A stretch of 62,015 nucleotides of DNA, taken from positions 1 to 62,015 of the forward strand of contig JBITAJ010000032.1 in NCBI GenBank assembly GCA_044440125.1. The letters are read 5' to 3'. This document shows, piece by piece, positions 46,311 to 56,144 of the stretch; within the stretch, counting starts at the first letter, position 1; every line of letters begins with the position of its first letter. A program made the position numbers and the translations under genes. This DNA is from Sedimentisphaeraceae bacterium JB056 (GTDB lineage Bacteria; Planctomycetota; Phycisphaerae; Sedimentisphaerales; Sedimentisphaeraceae). Below the pieces are notes generated by a model. The model was not told where the DNA came from and ran no database searches. It saw only the letters and a list, made by a program, of their open reading frames with translations.

Positions 46311-47876
46311 TTATCCATTTCCGCATACAATATCCGTTGCCAAAGAGGCAGGAACCGGCATTTCTTTTTTGCAATGCAGGCATTTTTCTCTCAGCAGGTG
46401 ACGTTTCTTGCCGCAGTTTTCACATTTGACAAGATTGTAATGTGTAAGAGCAAGACATGTCAGCATACCGGCAACATTAAAGAGAAGGGCAAACAGCATC
46501 CAGCCGATAATAGCCGCCGTGCTTGGTATGCGGTTTCGACCATGAAGATAAACAACCGCCGCACAAATACCACCCAATACCCACGCAACCCAAACATGAT
46601 ACGGCATGAAATGAGTGGCAGCACTCCTTAAATTCATTTCCAATTGAGATTCAGGTCTGACGTTAAACCTTAAATGTTTATATAGGTAACTAAGAACAAC
46701 CGGAGAAAAATCAGTTATATGGCTCTTCATTCTCTCAAAATATCCCATCTTAGGTTGATCCGCTTTTTTGATTTGCCATGGGAAATGCGTTATTTGTTTT
46801 TCGCGAACCAGCACTGCATGTCCACTTTCTCTCAATCCATACAACCTATATATTGATGTGGTTGGTTTCGATCTTATTTCTTCTAACCACTGATTTATTG
46901 TTTCCTGTGAAGCAGATCTTTTTGGAGCCTCCTTTGTATACGTTGCAACAATATAATTTTTATATTCCGATTCAATACTTGAATCTGCTGCGGATGATAT
47001 ATACCAGTAATGCCAATAAGCATCAATATCAATACCTTGAATTTCTGTTGCTTCAAAATTTTCAAGTGATATTATTACAGGATTTCGCTCTGACCATTCG
47101 AAAGATATAAAACCGGCACCTGCTACATTTTGGTATTTTTCAGATCTTGCCTGTAAATATATCGACACATTTTTGCCGATGTTTTGATAAACCAACCTGC
47201 AGCTTCTATTCGCAGTATCTATGAAATAAAGATTATTATTGGATTGCCAGAACGAATAAACTATGCCAGGATCATTTTTCGTATAAGTATACAACCAGCG
47301 AGGATCATCAAATTTGACAAGCTCATTTTTATTCTTTTTGAATCCATTTACTGCAAAAAAACCTTCTCTATCCCCATTTTTGAATATTTCAAAATATCCA
47401 TCCCAATATCTCCAGTATTCATAACTGCCGTCATTAGATTTCAAGTCAAGATTTCGGTAACGTTTCATACCTATATCTAAATTTGAATAAATATTGCTAT
47501 TATTGAGACCAAGATTTTTTTTGTCATATCTAAGAGTCTGGTATTGCAGTGGAACTTCATCGCGATTGCCTTCCCACAGCAGATTGTAATTCTCATCATA
47601 AATTTCTTGTTCTAACTTTTCATTAGGAGGGTTCCCTGTTTCCTGAATAAAAAAGAAACTGCCATCATGCTTAAATGCTTTTCTTGCTCTATTAAGTTTT
47701 TTCTCTATCTCACTTGTTTCTACTGGACATAGCCATTCTGTCTTAACTATCGGCTGTTGTTTATCGGAAAAGAATAAAGAATCTAAAGCGCCCTCAATAA
47801 ATATAACAACAAACAGCATGCACAAGAAAACCGACAATATTGTAACAGCTTTTACGTATAGATTTTTTGTCTGCAC
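46311..47876 (-). CDS. Membrane protein: N-terminal TM, large ectodomain, C-terminal TMs and CxxC-CxxC zinc ribbon (copy 2)
   Basis: Paralog of 48633-50186; CENC...CLHC; GTG start with AAGGAG SD. Confidence 0.8.
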   Translation of the reverse strand: MQTKNLYVKAVTILSVFLCMLFVVIFIEGALDSLFFSDKQQPIVKTEWLCPVETSEIEKKLNRARKAFKHDGSFFFIQETGNPPNEKLEQEIYDENYNLLWEGNRDEVPLQYQTLRYDKKNLGLNNSNIYSNLDIGMKRYRNLDLKSNDGSYEYWRYWDGYFEIFKNGDREGFFAVNGFKKNKNELVKFDDPRWLYTYTKNDPGIVYSFWQSNNNLYFIDTANRSCRLVYQNIGKNVSIYLQARSEKYQNVAGAGFISFEWSERNPVIISLENFEATEIQGIDIDAYWHYWYISSAADSSIESEYKNYIVATYTKEAPKRSASQETINQWLEEIRSKPTTSIYRLYGLRESGHAVLVREKQITHFPWQIKKADQPKMGYFERMKSHITDFSPVVLSYLYKHLRFNVRPESQLEMNLRSAATHFMPYHVWVAWVLGGICAAVVYLHGRNRIPSTAAIIGWMLFALLFNVAGMLTCLALTHYNLVKCENCGKKRHLLREKCLHCKKEMPVPASLATDIVCGNG

Positions 47877-47893
47877 GAGCTTACTCCTTTTTC

Positions 47894-48613
47894 CTAAAAT
47901 TCTCTTGTTTCAAATTTGCTGTAAATAACACTAATGATCAATACAATATAAACCATAGCAATAATACTTGCACAAACAAGAGACACACACTGCCATATCA
48001 TCATCAAACATAATAACAGTAATAAAACAGGATATGGCCTGCTCGTATACCATTTTCCCCCAAGAAATGCAGTTAACGCTACAGCCAGATACACCAAAAA
48101 ACCTTCAAGAACAAACATCCATCCTTCAGCCAACGATGTCGGTGTTACTGCTTGCGCAAGTTCTGACTGTATCTTAAATACAAGTACAGTCCAACAACAG
48201 CCGATTAGCGTAAGCATTGAAACAGCAGAAAATATCATTGTCGTCAATATCTTCCACCGCTTTATAGGGCGATGCAAAGTAAACTTCCATGTATTCGTAA
48301 AAAACGGAACCCAGAACTGATTTACAGCAATCAATATCCCCAGTCCAATTGCTGCCAAAAAATAAAACAGACTAAATGACGACATCACACGATTTATGTA
48401 ATTAGTTCGCCAAATATCCCAACCCGTAATTTCAGAGTATGCAGAGTAGGAGTTTGTATAATATTGTGGTTTTGTATTGGAGAGTACATTGCGTTGAACA
48501 TCTAAGTGATAATCCATATAGATTACTATTGTAAAAAACAACACAAATCCCAATGCAAGACACGTCCAATATCTATTATGCCATATCTCTTTTTTTATTA
48601 TCTGCCATATCAT
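47894..48613 (-). CDS. ABC-2-type permease-like protein (copy 2)
   Basis: IIKKE, QFW.....TWKFTLHRPIKR, KFETREF; ~6 TMs. Confidence 0.8.
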   Translation of the reverse strand: MIWQIIKKEIWHNRYWTCLALGFVLFFTIVIYMDYHLDVQRNVLSNTKPQYYTNSYSAYSEITGWDIWRTNYINRVMSSFSLFYFLAAIGLGILIAVNQFWVPFFTNTWKFTLHRPIKRWKILTTMIFSAVSMLTLIGCCWTVLVFKIQSELAQAVTPTSLAEGWMFVLEGFLVYLAVALTAFLGGKWYTSRPYPVLLLLLCLMMIWQCVSLVCASIIAMVYIVLIISVIYSKFETREF

Positions 48614-48632
48614 AATATTTCCCTACCAATCC

Positions 48633-50186
48633 TTATCCGCAAATTATATCGGTTGCTGACGGTGCCGGAGCCGGCATTTCTTTTTTGCAATGCAGACATT
48701 TTTCTCTCAGCAGGTGACGTTTCTTGCCGCAGTTTTCACATTTGACAAGATTGTAATGTGTAAGTGCAAGACATGTCAGCATACCGGCAACATTAAATAG
48801 AAGGGCAAACAGTATCCAGCCGATAAGAGCCGCCTTGCTTGGTATCCTATTTCGACCATGAAGATAAACAACCGCCGCACAAATACCGCCCAACGTCCAC
48901 GCAATCCAAACATGATACGGCTTGAATAGTCGCAGCATTTCCATTGTCTCCCTGAACACCTTAATCTTAGGCTCAGCATTGACTGCAAAATCACTATTTA
49001 AAATATAGTATGAAATAACGGGAGCTACATCCAGAAGATATCCTACCTTGCTTTCATAAGCAATCATTTCCTCGTTTAAAGAATATCTTTTAGCAATAAT
49101 AAATGAATCAAACTCACTTATAAGCTGAATCTGCCTATCATTACCGAGACCATAAAGTTTGTGTTCTACCTTATGTTTTGATTTATGACGATTAGCAAAC
49201 CACTTCTCTATGGCTGCTCTTGGTGCAAAATGCCCCGGAGAATCTACAGTATGAGTTGAAGTAATAAAAAAATCATACTTATTTTCAGGATTATCATTAA
49301 AGGCAATACCAATTCCGGCTTGACCTTTTTCAAATCCTTCAAGCGTTATTATATTCAGATCCTTTTTGAAGATAACAACAGGTTTTCTATCTTTATTCAC
49401 AATCAATATTGTACCGACAGGCTCACCATCATTATTTTTAGTAAACCAGTCATACAATGAAACACGAGAATCATTCATAGTTCCGATATTTTCGTACAGC
49501 AGATTAAACTGTCGATTTTTGATATCCACGAAATAAAGATTATTGTTACCGCTACATAAAAGAACCGGCGCAGAATAATCCTCCTCTTCAGTATATGCAT
49601 ACATACATTCCAGATTATTAAATTTTTCAAGGGCTCCTAATTCATCTCCAAAACCCTTCACTCCAATATAACCTATTGGCTCACCATCGATAAAACCTTC
49701 AAAATAACCCCTGTCATTATATCGCCAGCATTCTATTACATCTTCTGTTCGATTATAAACAATCATATCTCGTCTCATATCCGGTGTGAGAGATCTTGCT
49801 GAAGAACTGATATAGGGTCTATTATTAGCACTTTTACCATCATATTTAATCGTAGAATATTCCGTCGGCACATCTTCGGCATCACCTTCCCATAAAAAGT
49901 TGTAATCTCTATCGTAGATTTTTAATTTTTTGTGATTATCATCAACTTTAGTTGTTTCTATCAGCAGCAACCTTCCATCGGGAGTAAACTCTTTTCCGGC
50001 AGAACTGATTTTCTTTTCTTTTTCAGTCGCATCAACAGAATACTGAGAACACGATGAAGACTGGGGACGATGATAAAATACAGCTTCTTTCAATATTATG
50101 CTTATAGCAAACAGCACCATAAAAATGCAGATGAAACAGTAAAGCAAGCTTGCTGATTTTATATATAAATCATTAATTTTCTTCAT
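48633..50186 (-). CDS. Membrane protein with ectodomain and C-terminal zinc ribbon (copy 1)
   Basis: Paralog of 46311-47876; AGGAGG SD. Confidence 0.8.
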   Translation of the reverse strand: MKKINDLYIKSASLLYCFICIFMVLFAISIILKEAVFYHRPQSSSCSQYSVDATEKEKKISSAGKEFTPDGRLLLIETTKVDDNHKKLKIYDRDYNFLWEGDAEDVPTEYSTIKYDGKSANNRPYISSSARSLTPDMRRDMIVYNRTEDVIECWRYNDRGYFEGFIDGEPIGYIGVKGFGDELGALEKFNNLECMYAYTEEEDYSAPVLLCSGNNNLYFVDIKNRQFNLLYENIGTMNDSRVSLYDWFTKNNDGEPVGTILIVNKDRKPVVIFKKDLNIITLEGFEKGQAGIGIAFNDNPENKYDFFITSTHTVDSPGHFAPRAAIEKWFANRHKSKHKVEHKLYGLGNDRQIQLISEFDSFIIAKRYSLNEEMIAYESKVGYLLDVAPVISYYILNSDFAVNAEPKIKVFRETMEMLRLFKPYHVWIAWTLGGICAAVVYLHGRNRIPSKAALIGWILFALLFNVAGMLTCLALTHYNLVKCENCGKKRHLLREKCLHCKKEMPAPAPSATDIICG

Positions 50187-50201
50187 TTTAATTCCTCCTG
50201 A

Positions 50202-50897
50202 TCAAAACTCTCTTGTTTCAAACTTGCGATAGATTAAAGGCATGACAATCAGTATATAAATGCCGGCAGCCATAATCGCACCTGTAAAACTTACCGTTGT
50301 CCACATAACTATCCAGGTTAAAAAAGCAAACAATAGTGGCAGAAATTTTGCAGTATACCATCGATGCTGATTAAGTGCGGCAAGAGCAACCGCAAGATAT
50401 GCAACAAAGCCTTCAAGTACGAACAACCATCCTTCTGCCAAAGCTCCTGTTGTCGGCGGCAAAGTGAATTGAGATTTTGCCTTAAGCCACAGAATAGTCC
50501 AGCTGCCGCCTGCGATCAGAGCAATTATAAAAGCCGCTGACAGTAACATTAATGTTAATGCGGCAGATCGTTTGATCGGTCTGTGCAGTGTAAATTTCCA
50601 CGTATTGGTAAAAAACGGAACCCAAAACTGGCTTACTCCAACAAGGATGCCTAATCCGGCCGCCGAAAAGAAATAAAGTGCAGAAAAAGATCTTATATGG
50701 ATTGTGTAACTTCCTGAACCATAAATACTCCAGAGAGATATTTCTGAATTTACAGCATAATTTTGCGGAGTGTTTCTTTGTTCCATCTTTACTTGCTCAA
50801 CATATATGACGGTTGTAAAGAACAATAAAAATCCCAACGCAAGTCCCATCCAGTGTTTGTTATGTATAATCTCTTTTTTAATTATCTGCCATACCAT
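50202..50897 (-). CDS. ABC-2-type permease-like protein (copy 1)
   Basis: Paralog of 47894-48613; follows the ABC ATPase. Confidence 0.8.
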   Translation of the reverse strand: MVWQIIKKEIIHNKHWMGLALGFLLFFTTVIYVEQVKMEQRNTPQNYAVNSEISLWSIYGSGSYTIHIRSFSALYFFSAAGLGILVGVSQFWVPFFTNTWKFTLHRPIKRSAALTLMLLSAAFIIALIAGGSWTILWLKAKSQFTLPPTTGALAEGWLFVLEGFVAYLAVALAALNQHRWYTAKFLPLLFAFLTWIVMWTTVSFTGAIMAAGIYILIVMPLIYRKFETREF

Positions 50898-50943
50898 GAT
50901 TATTCTCCAAATGATAACTGTTCCCTGTTTTACTGCTCACTTT

Positions 50944-51858
50944 TCACTGAAAGAGCCGCTTGCTTTTGTTGCCGGCGGTATATTCAATGAACTGATCTTC
51001 GAGATTCATATCAATCTCGCTCCAGCTTACGAGCGAATTGTCCTTGCCCCACCCGTCGATATCTTCATCTGAAGTATTGACAACAACCGCTTCGATCCTG
51101 TTTTCGCCGTGCCGTAAGTGAAGCAGGCCGGGAATATCAGGCGACTGCGGAGCGATTTCCTTAAACTCGAGCATTATCTTTCTTATCGAATCACGGAATC
51201 TATCCAGACTGCAATCTGCCTTGAGCCTGCCTTTATCAATAACGCCGATTCTGTCGGCAACCCTCTCAACATCACTGAGAATATGACTTGAAAAAAGTAT
51301 CGTACGCCCCTGATGCTGTATCAGCCGCACCATCTCCTCAAGAAACTGCCGTCTTATCACAACATCGAGTCCAAGAGTCGGGTCGTCCATTATCAAAAGC
51401 TCCGGTTCGGGTGCAAGTGCAAGAGCCAAAGACACTTGAGCGCGCTGCCCGTTGGAAAGCTTCTTTATCTTGCTATTGAGCGGCAGCTCGAAGAAATCAA
51501 GCATCTGCTCGAAAAGCTCAGCATTCCATTTCTCAGGATAGAACGATCTCTGGTAGTTACGCAATTCTTTGATTTTCATGAACTTATATAGGTTGTGTCC
51601 CTCATTCACATAGCCGATACGGCTGCGTATCTCAGGCGTAAGACTGCTGCTCTGGCAACCTAAAACCTCTGCTTTGCCAAAATCAGCGGACGCAAGCCCA
51701 AGAAGTATTCGTATTGTAGTACTCTTGCCCGCACCGTTTCTGCCGAGAAGCCCATAAACACATCCGGCCGGAATCTGCAGATTTAGATGATCAACCGCCT
51801 TTTTCTGACCGAAATATTTCGTCAAACCTTCAATATTGATGCTTATCTTCTTATCCAT
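50944..51858 (-). CDS. ABC transporter ATP-binding protein (YtrB-like)
   Basis: GRNGAGKST, LSNGQ, IMDDPT, SSH. Confidence 0.93.
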   Translation of the reverse strand: MDKKISINIEGLTKYFGQKKAVDHLNLQIPAGCVYGLLGRNGAGKSTTIRILLGLASADFGKAEVLGCQSSSLTPEIRSRIGYVNEGHNLYKFMKIKELRNYQRSFYPEKWNAELFEQMLDFFELPLNSKIKKLSNGQRAQVSLALALAPEPELLIMDDPTLGLDVVIRRQFLEEMVRLIQHQGRTILFSSHILSDVERVADRIGVIDKGRLKADCSLDRFRDSIRKIMLEFKEIAPQSPDIPGLLHLRHGENRIEAVVVNTSDEDIDGWGKDNSLVSWSEIDMNLEDQFIEYTAGNKSKRLFQ

Positions 51859-52249
51859 TTTTAGTTTCTCCAAATTTATTGAGCCTCGTTTTGAAAAGTT
51901 CCAGTATCTGTTCTTCGTTTAATCCGGAATTTATCAACTGCGATATGATATTATCCATTCGCTCGTTTATTATATTGAGCTGTGCGGTGTCATAATTTCT
52001 TGATTTCGGATCTGTTACGAAGGTTCCCGAGCCGGTTTTAGTAGCGACAAGCCCGTTCTGCTCAAGAATTGTGTAGCTTCGTGCAATAGTGTTGGGATTG
52101 ACTACAAGCTCGGCGGCAAGATTACGAACCGCCGGTAATTTGTCTCCCGGCGAGAGCTGTCCCCTTGCGATAGCCTCTGTGATCTGATCGACCACCTGCT
52201 TGTAAATGGGTTCTTTGGAACCCGATGCGATTTGTATCCATAATGTCAT
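51851..52249 (-). CDS. GntR family, YtrA-subfamily regulator
   Basis: PIYKQ...GDKLPAVRNLA..L.VNPNTIARSY..LE..G..GSGTFV; short C-terminal helix. Confidence 0.93.
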   Translation of the reverse strand: MTLWIQIASGSKEPIYKQVVDQITEAIARGQLSPGDKLPAVRNLAAELVVNPNTIARSYTILEQNGLVATKTGSGTFVTDPKSRNYDTAQLNIINERMDNIISQLINSGLNEEQILELFKTRLNKFGETKNG

Positions 52250-52271
52250 AACGACTACCTTTCATACAAAT

Positions 52272-52320
52272 TGTATTAATTGAACTAATACATTATGCAA
52301 TACAAAAAGCAATTCGTCAA
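52272..52320 (-). promoter_or_regulatory. YtrA-type operator and sigma70 promoter
   Basis: TGTATTA-N7-TAATACA (52272-52292) over the predicted start site; TTGACG (52320-52315)-17-CATAAT (52297-52292). Confidence 0.8.
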
Positions 52321-52431
52321 GACATTTTAAAATAATTTCAAAAACCACCGTGATTTTTAAACGAAAAAAAGACAGCCAATACAAATTCGGCTGCCCTTAT
52401 ATACTTATGTAAATACTTGTTAAAAAGATTG

Positions 52432-54591
52432 TTAAAGTTTAAGCTCTACAACTGCGGAAGTGAATGTTGAGCTGAATTCTATGTCCAAGATATCTTTCTG
52501 GATTTCCACATGGACATTTTCATCAGCAATCATCTTTTCAATTTTCCAGCCGCTAATTGGCAGTTTTATCCTCACTTCATCAGCAACAGGCTCATCAAAT
52601 GAATGTATAACAAGTAATGCACGGCTGTCATCTGGAAGTTTCCTTAGGATTGCCTGCCAGCCCTTGGGGTGTCTGAATGTTTCCGGCTCAGGGCCGTATC
52701 GCAGGGTTTGTCCATTATTAATGATGTCTTTGACTTGTCCGTAAAATGTTTGATATTGCTTCATAAGATCAAACTGCTGCCGGTTTAGTGAAAGTAATTC
52801 GCCCGAAATACACATTCTGCCAAGGAAAGTTGCCGCAAGAGAGTAATGCAGACGTGCCATTGTGTCGTCGCTGCGCAACACCGCCCATATCTGGCTTTGA
52901 GCAGGCAGCATCAGTCTCTGAACATTTGCAGCTATGAGTGGTATTTCTTTAGTCTCGTGAGCGTCGGAGAATGAACTCATGCTTGTCTTTGCGATCATTG
53001 CGGTGTCGAGTCTCTGGCCGCCCGAGGAGCAATTTTCTATGACTATCTCAGGGATACGCTTCTTTACGAGGTCTATAAAGTGGTAGAATCCTTCTATATG
53101 CTGCCGCAAACCTTCGCCAAGAGATTCAGCACCATCGGCTCCTATGCCTATTGTTTCGTTATAGTCTATTTTAAGATAGCCGAAACCGCATTCCTCAAGC
53201 AAATCTATGACTTTTCTGTTCATATATTCTATGACTTCTGGTTTTCTGAAGTCCCAGAATTTACGTTCTCCGGATACTATGGTCCTTCCGTCTCGTTTAA
53301 GGAAGAGGTGGTCGTATTTTTCGTTAGCTGTTGACAGCGGTCCGGCTGTTTCCATCTCGAACCAGATGCCCGGAATCAAGCCGCGCTGGCGTATAGCATC
53401 GGCGGCGGCTTTAAGCCCATTGGGGAAAAGCTGTTTGTTGACTTCCCAGTCGCCTTGAGCATTATTCCAGTCGCCATCATCGGGTTTGTACCATCCCGCA
53501 TCAATGACAAGATATTTTGTGTCAGTATCCTTGAGACGGTCAGCTATTTTTTCGAGCATCGAATGCTCAGGCGTGCCCCAGGTAGTGCACCACTCATTGA
53601 ATATTATGGGAAGGTCGTTTTCCACTTCGGGGTTGCCGGCCAAGTGTCTCTTTTGAGCTTCGGTAAGTTTTTGACAGATTGCATCTATATTATTGCGGGC
53701 TGTTGCGATTGTGGCGACCGGTGTTGTGAAGCTTTCACCGGGGGCCATTTTTTTAAGCCAATGTCCCTGTTCCCTGTCTGCAAGTCCACCGGATATGGCG
53801 GCCGCATCATCTTTACGGTATAATTCCATCTGCCACGATCCGCTCCATGCTAATTGCGATCCCCAGAAAACACCGGCTTGCCTGTCTTCAACCGCAAGGA
53901 ATGGGAAAAATCCGATTGTTGCCTTTGAGCCGTTGTGGCCGAATCTTTCACAGTTGGTACCTGCTCCTGACCATGATCTTTCGAGCTGCATTTGTTCAAG
54001 ACTGCGGCATTCGTGTCTTCCTTCTGCGCTCCAACTGGCCCTGAAACGGTGCATATACAGTTTTTCAGAGGCATCTTCCGAATCAAACGGAGTTATGCCG
54101 CAAATGGAAAAGCTGCTGAGCATTTCGAGCGAAATATCCTCTTTGGATATATTCTCAAAAACCGTATAGACTTCAACATCACTGTAACCGGTGTAATTTT
54201 TTAAAGTATGATGACAAAGATAACAACCTTCTCTGATTAGCGTAGTTGTGATAATTGTGGCATCCTCGCTTTTGCTGACATCCTGTGAGAGAAATTTCAA
54301 TGCCCGAACAGAACCGCTGTTGCGCATTGTGCGGCCCTGTGCAAAGCCGCCCGGATAGTCATCTCCTACGCATTTGAGCTGGACAAGTGAGTCTACAGGT
54401 CTTGCCGGAACGCTGTCTATTTCCGGTATTACAGCGAGTTCACGCATCTGATCAAGGTTTTGTCTGTAGTCCACAATTTCTGATTCCATATCAGCCGGCA
54501 AAAGCATAAGCCCGACCGCGCCGCTGGAATCAGTTATATATTTGACAACGGTGTCTCCGAAATAAAATTTCGATATCTCTTTCATTCTCAT
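52432..54591 (-). CDS. Glycoside hydrolase family 36 alpha-galactosidase
   Basis: FNEW, VIDAGW, GDW...FPNGL, PGIWFE.E, YLKIDYN, ENCSSGG.R, SFSD. Confidence 0.9.
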   Translation of the reverse strand: MRMKEISKFYFGDTVVKYITDSSGAVGLMLLPADMESEIVDYRQNLDQMRELAVIPEIDSVPARPVDSLVQLKCVGDDYPGGFAQGRTMRNSGSVRALKFLSQDVSKSEDATIITTTLIREGCYLCHHTLKNYTGYSDVEVYTVFENISKEDISLEMLSSFSICGITPFDSEDASEKLYMHRFRASWSAEGRHECRSLEQMQLERSWSGAGTNCERFGHNGSKATIGFFPFLAVEDRQAGVFWGSQLAWSGSWQMELYRKDDAAAISGGLADREQGHWLKKMAPGESFTTPVATIATARNNIDAICQKLTEAQKRHLAGNPEVENDLPIIFNEWCTTWGTPEHSMLEKIADRLKDTDTKYLVIDAGWYKPDDGDWNNAQGDWEVNKQLFPNGLKAAADAIRQRGLIPGIWFEMETAGPLSTANEKYDHLFLKRDGRTIVSGERKFWDFRKPEVIEYMNRKVIDLLEECGFGYLKIDYNETIGIGADGAESLGEGLRQHIEGFYHFIDLVKKRIPEIVIENCSSGGQRLDTAMIAKTSMSSFSDAHETKEIPLIAANVQRLMLPAQSQIWAVLRSDDTMARLHYSLAATFLGRMCISGELLSLNRQQFDLMKQYQTFYGQVKDIINNGQTLRYGPEPETFRHPKGWQAILRKLPDDSRALLVIHSFDEPVADEVRIKLPISGWKIEKMIADENVHVEIQKDILDIEFSSTFTSAVVELKL

Positions 54592-54623
54592 TCTCCAACT
54601 CTGTTTGTATTAGGCTTAAGTAT

Positions 54624-55985
54624 TTATTTGACAATGATATAAATAATACTAACTGTCGCCAGGGCGTAGCAATAAACGGCAAATATCTTGAGTTTTCTTT
54701 TCTGGCTTATGTATATCAGTAATCGAAGGGCCGCCATTCCAACCAAACAGGATGATATCATACCTGCTATTATTGATGATATCGGCAGTGACGCACTTCC
54801 TACAATTCCGGGATTGTCTATGAGTTCAAGAACCGTGCCGCCTATTATAGCGGGAAGTGCGATGAGGAAGCTGTATTCAACTGCCCATCTGCGATGAAGT
54901 CCCCAAAGTATTGCGGCACATATCGTGGCTCCGCTTCGGGAGATGCCGGGCATTATCGCTCCGGCCTGCGCAACACCTATGATTATTGCTCCGAGTATGC
55001 CGAAATCACGCAGGCCCAGCTTTGTACGCTTCTTGCCGTCGGTAATAAGCAGCAGTGTACCGGTAATAAGCCACATAAATGCTACAACCGGAAGCTGTCT
55101 TGCTGACTTTAGCGGGTCTTCAAATGTTTTGTAAAGTACTACGGTTACAATTGTTGTGATGCCTGCACAGACCAGTATCCGCCATGCCGGATTGCGCCGG
55201 TAAACAGTCAGCGGATTGTATGAGTATTTTTTTACATCAATCAGAGTACGGCTGAATGCAGGGATGTCCTTTATATAGATTCCGAGAATTGCGGCAACAG
55301 TTCCAACGTGGATGGAAAGGTCAAAAAGCAGCATTTCCGGAGTGTCGGGATCAAGGCCGTGCATGAAACTTTCAAACAGGACAAGGTGTCCGGAAGAAGA
55401 AACCGGCAGAAATTCCGTCAATCCCTGTACTGTTCCAAGTATTATTGCGTATCCGGTTGAAAGCCCTTCAAGATCAAACAGGAATGAATTGACTTGCTCA
55501 ATCCAGCCCATTTTGTCTGCAAGCAAATAACATATTCCAGCATAAACACCGGCAAAGAGGTCGTCAGCAAGCACACCAAGGCCGCCGTGAAGTTTTTCCA
55601 GTGCACAAACCGGCCATGGTTTGAATATGTCAAAGATTCTAAATAACAAAAAGCAGAAAAATCCTGCGGTAAGCGGCATACTGACAGTTGAAGAAGCGAA
55701 AAGTGCAATCAGAAGGGTGACGGCCTGGCCGGCATATTCATCGGCTACAATCTCAGAAGGATCTTCTTTGCCGGCGAGTTTAGATATTTCTGAAGTGAAT
55801 TTCAAGCAGGCAAATGAAAAAACAAGGCCGGTAACTATCATTATTGCGGCCATGACAGTTGTGCTCAAATTACCGTAAACACAGGCAACGAAAAGGGCTA
55901 CAGGTAAGACAGATCCGCATGTGCCGGAAGCTATCGGGGAAAAACCTAAGCCGAAACAAGAAGTCAACGCTCTTTTTATATTCAT
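54624..55985 (-). CDS. Fusion of phosphatidylglycerophosphatase A and undecaprenyl-diphosphatase (BacA)
   Basis: N-terminal GLG.SP.ASGT.GS, DPSEIVADE, FRIFDIFKPWP, GVLADD; C-terminal QGLTEFLPVSSSGH, PGISRSG. Confidence 0.9.
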   Translation of the reverse strand: MNIKRALTSCFGLGFSPIASGTCGSVLPVALFVACVYGNLSTTVMAAIMIVTGLVFSFACLKFTSEISKLAGKEDPSEIVADEYAGQAVTLLIALFASSTVSMPLTAGFFCFLLFRIFDIFKPWPVCALEKLHGGLGVLADDLFAGVYAGICYLLADKMGWIEQVNSFLFDLEGLSTGYAIILGTVQGLTEFLPVSSSGHLVLFESFMHGLDPDTPEMLLFDLSIHVGTVAAILGIYIKDIPAFSRTLIDVKKYSYNPLTVYRRNPAWRILVCAGITTIVTVVLYKTFEDPLKSARQLPVVAFMWLITGTLLLITDGKKRTKLGLRDFGILGAIIIGVAQAGAIMPGISRSGATICAAILWGLHRRWAVEYSFLIALPAIIGGTVLELIDNPGIVGSASLPISSIIAGMISSCLVGMAALRLLIYISQKRKLKIFAVYCYALATVSIIYIIVK

Positions 55986-56144
55986 CTCTAAAACTTTCAA
56001 AAACTACACCAATCCCGCTAATAATATGTCAAAAATGAAGCCGCATTATAACGTATTGGTATTGTGCAAGCAAGGAAATGCTTATGCCATTTTTGTTGGA
56101 GGGAAGGATGGCTGGGATAGGTTTGTGAAAGGGTGCTATATTCT

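Noticed and set aside
46320..48921. Near-identical gene 3' ends as a DGR template/variable repeat pair
   Set aside because: Differences are not adenine-specific and are mostly synonymous; no reverse transcriptase in the window
33000..52000. Apparent local reversal of strand compositional skew suggesting an inversion
   Set aside because: Cannot be separated by eye from coding-strand bias of the many minus-strand genes; needs a computed third-position skew
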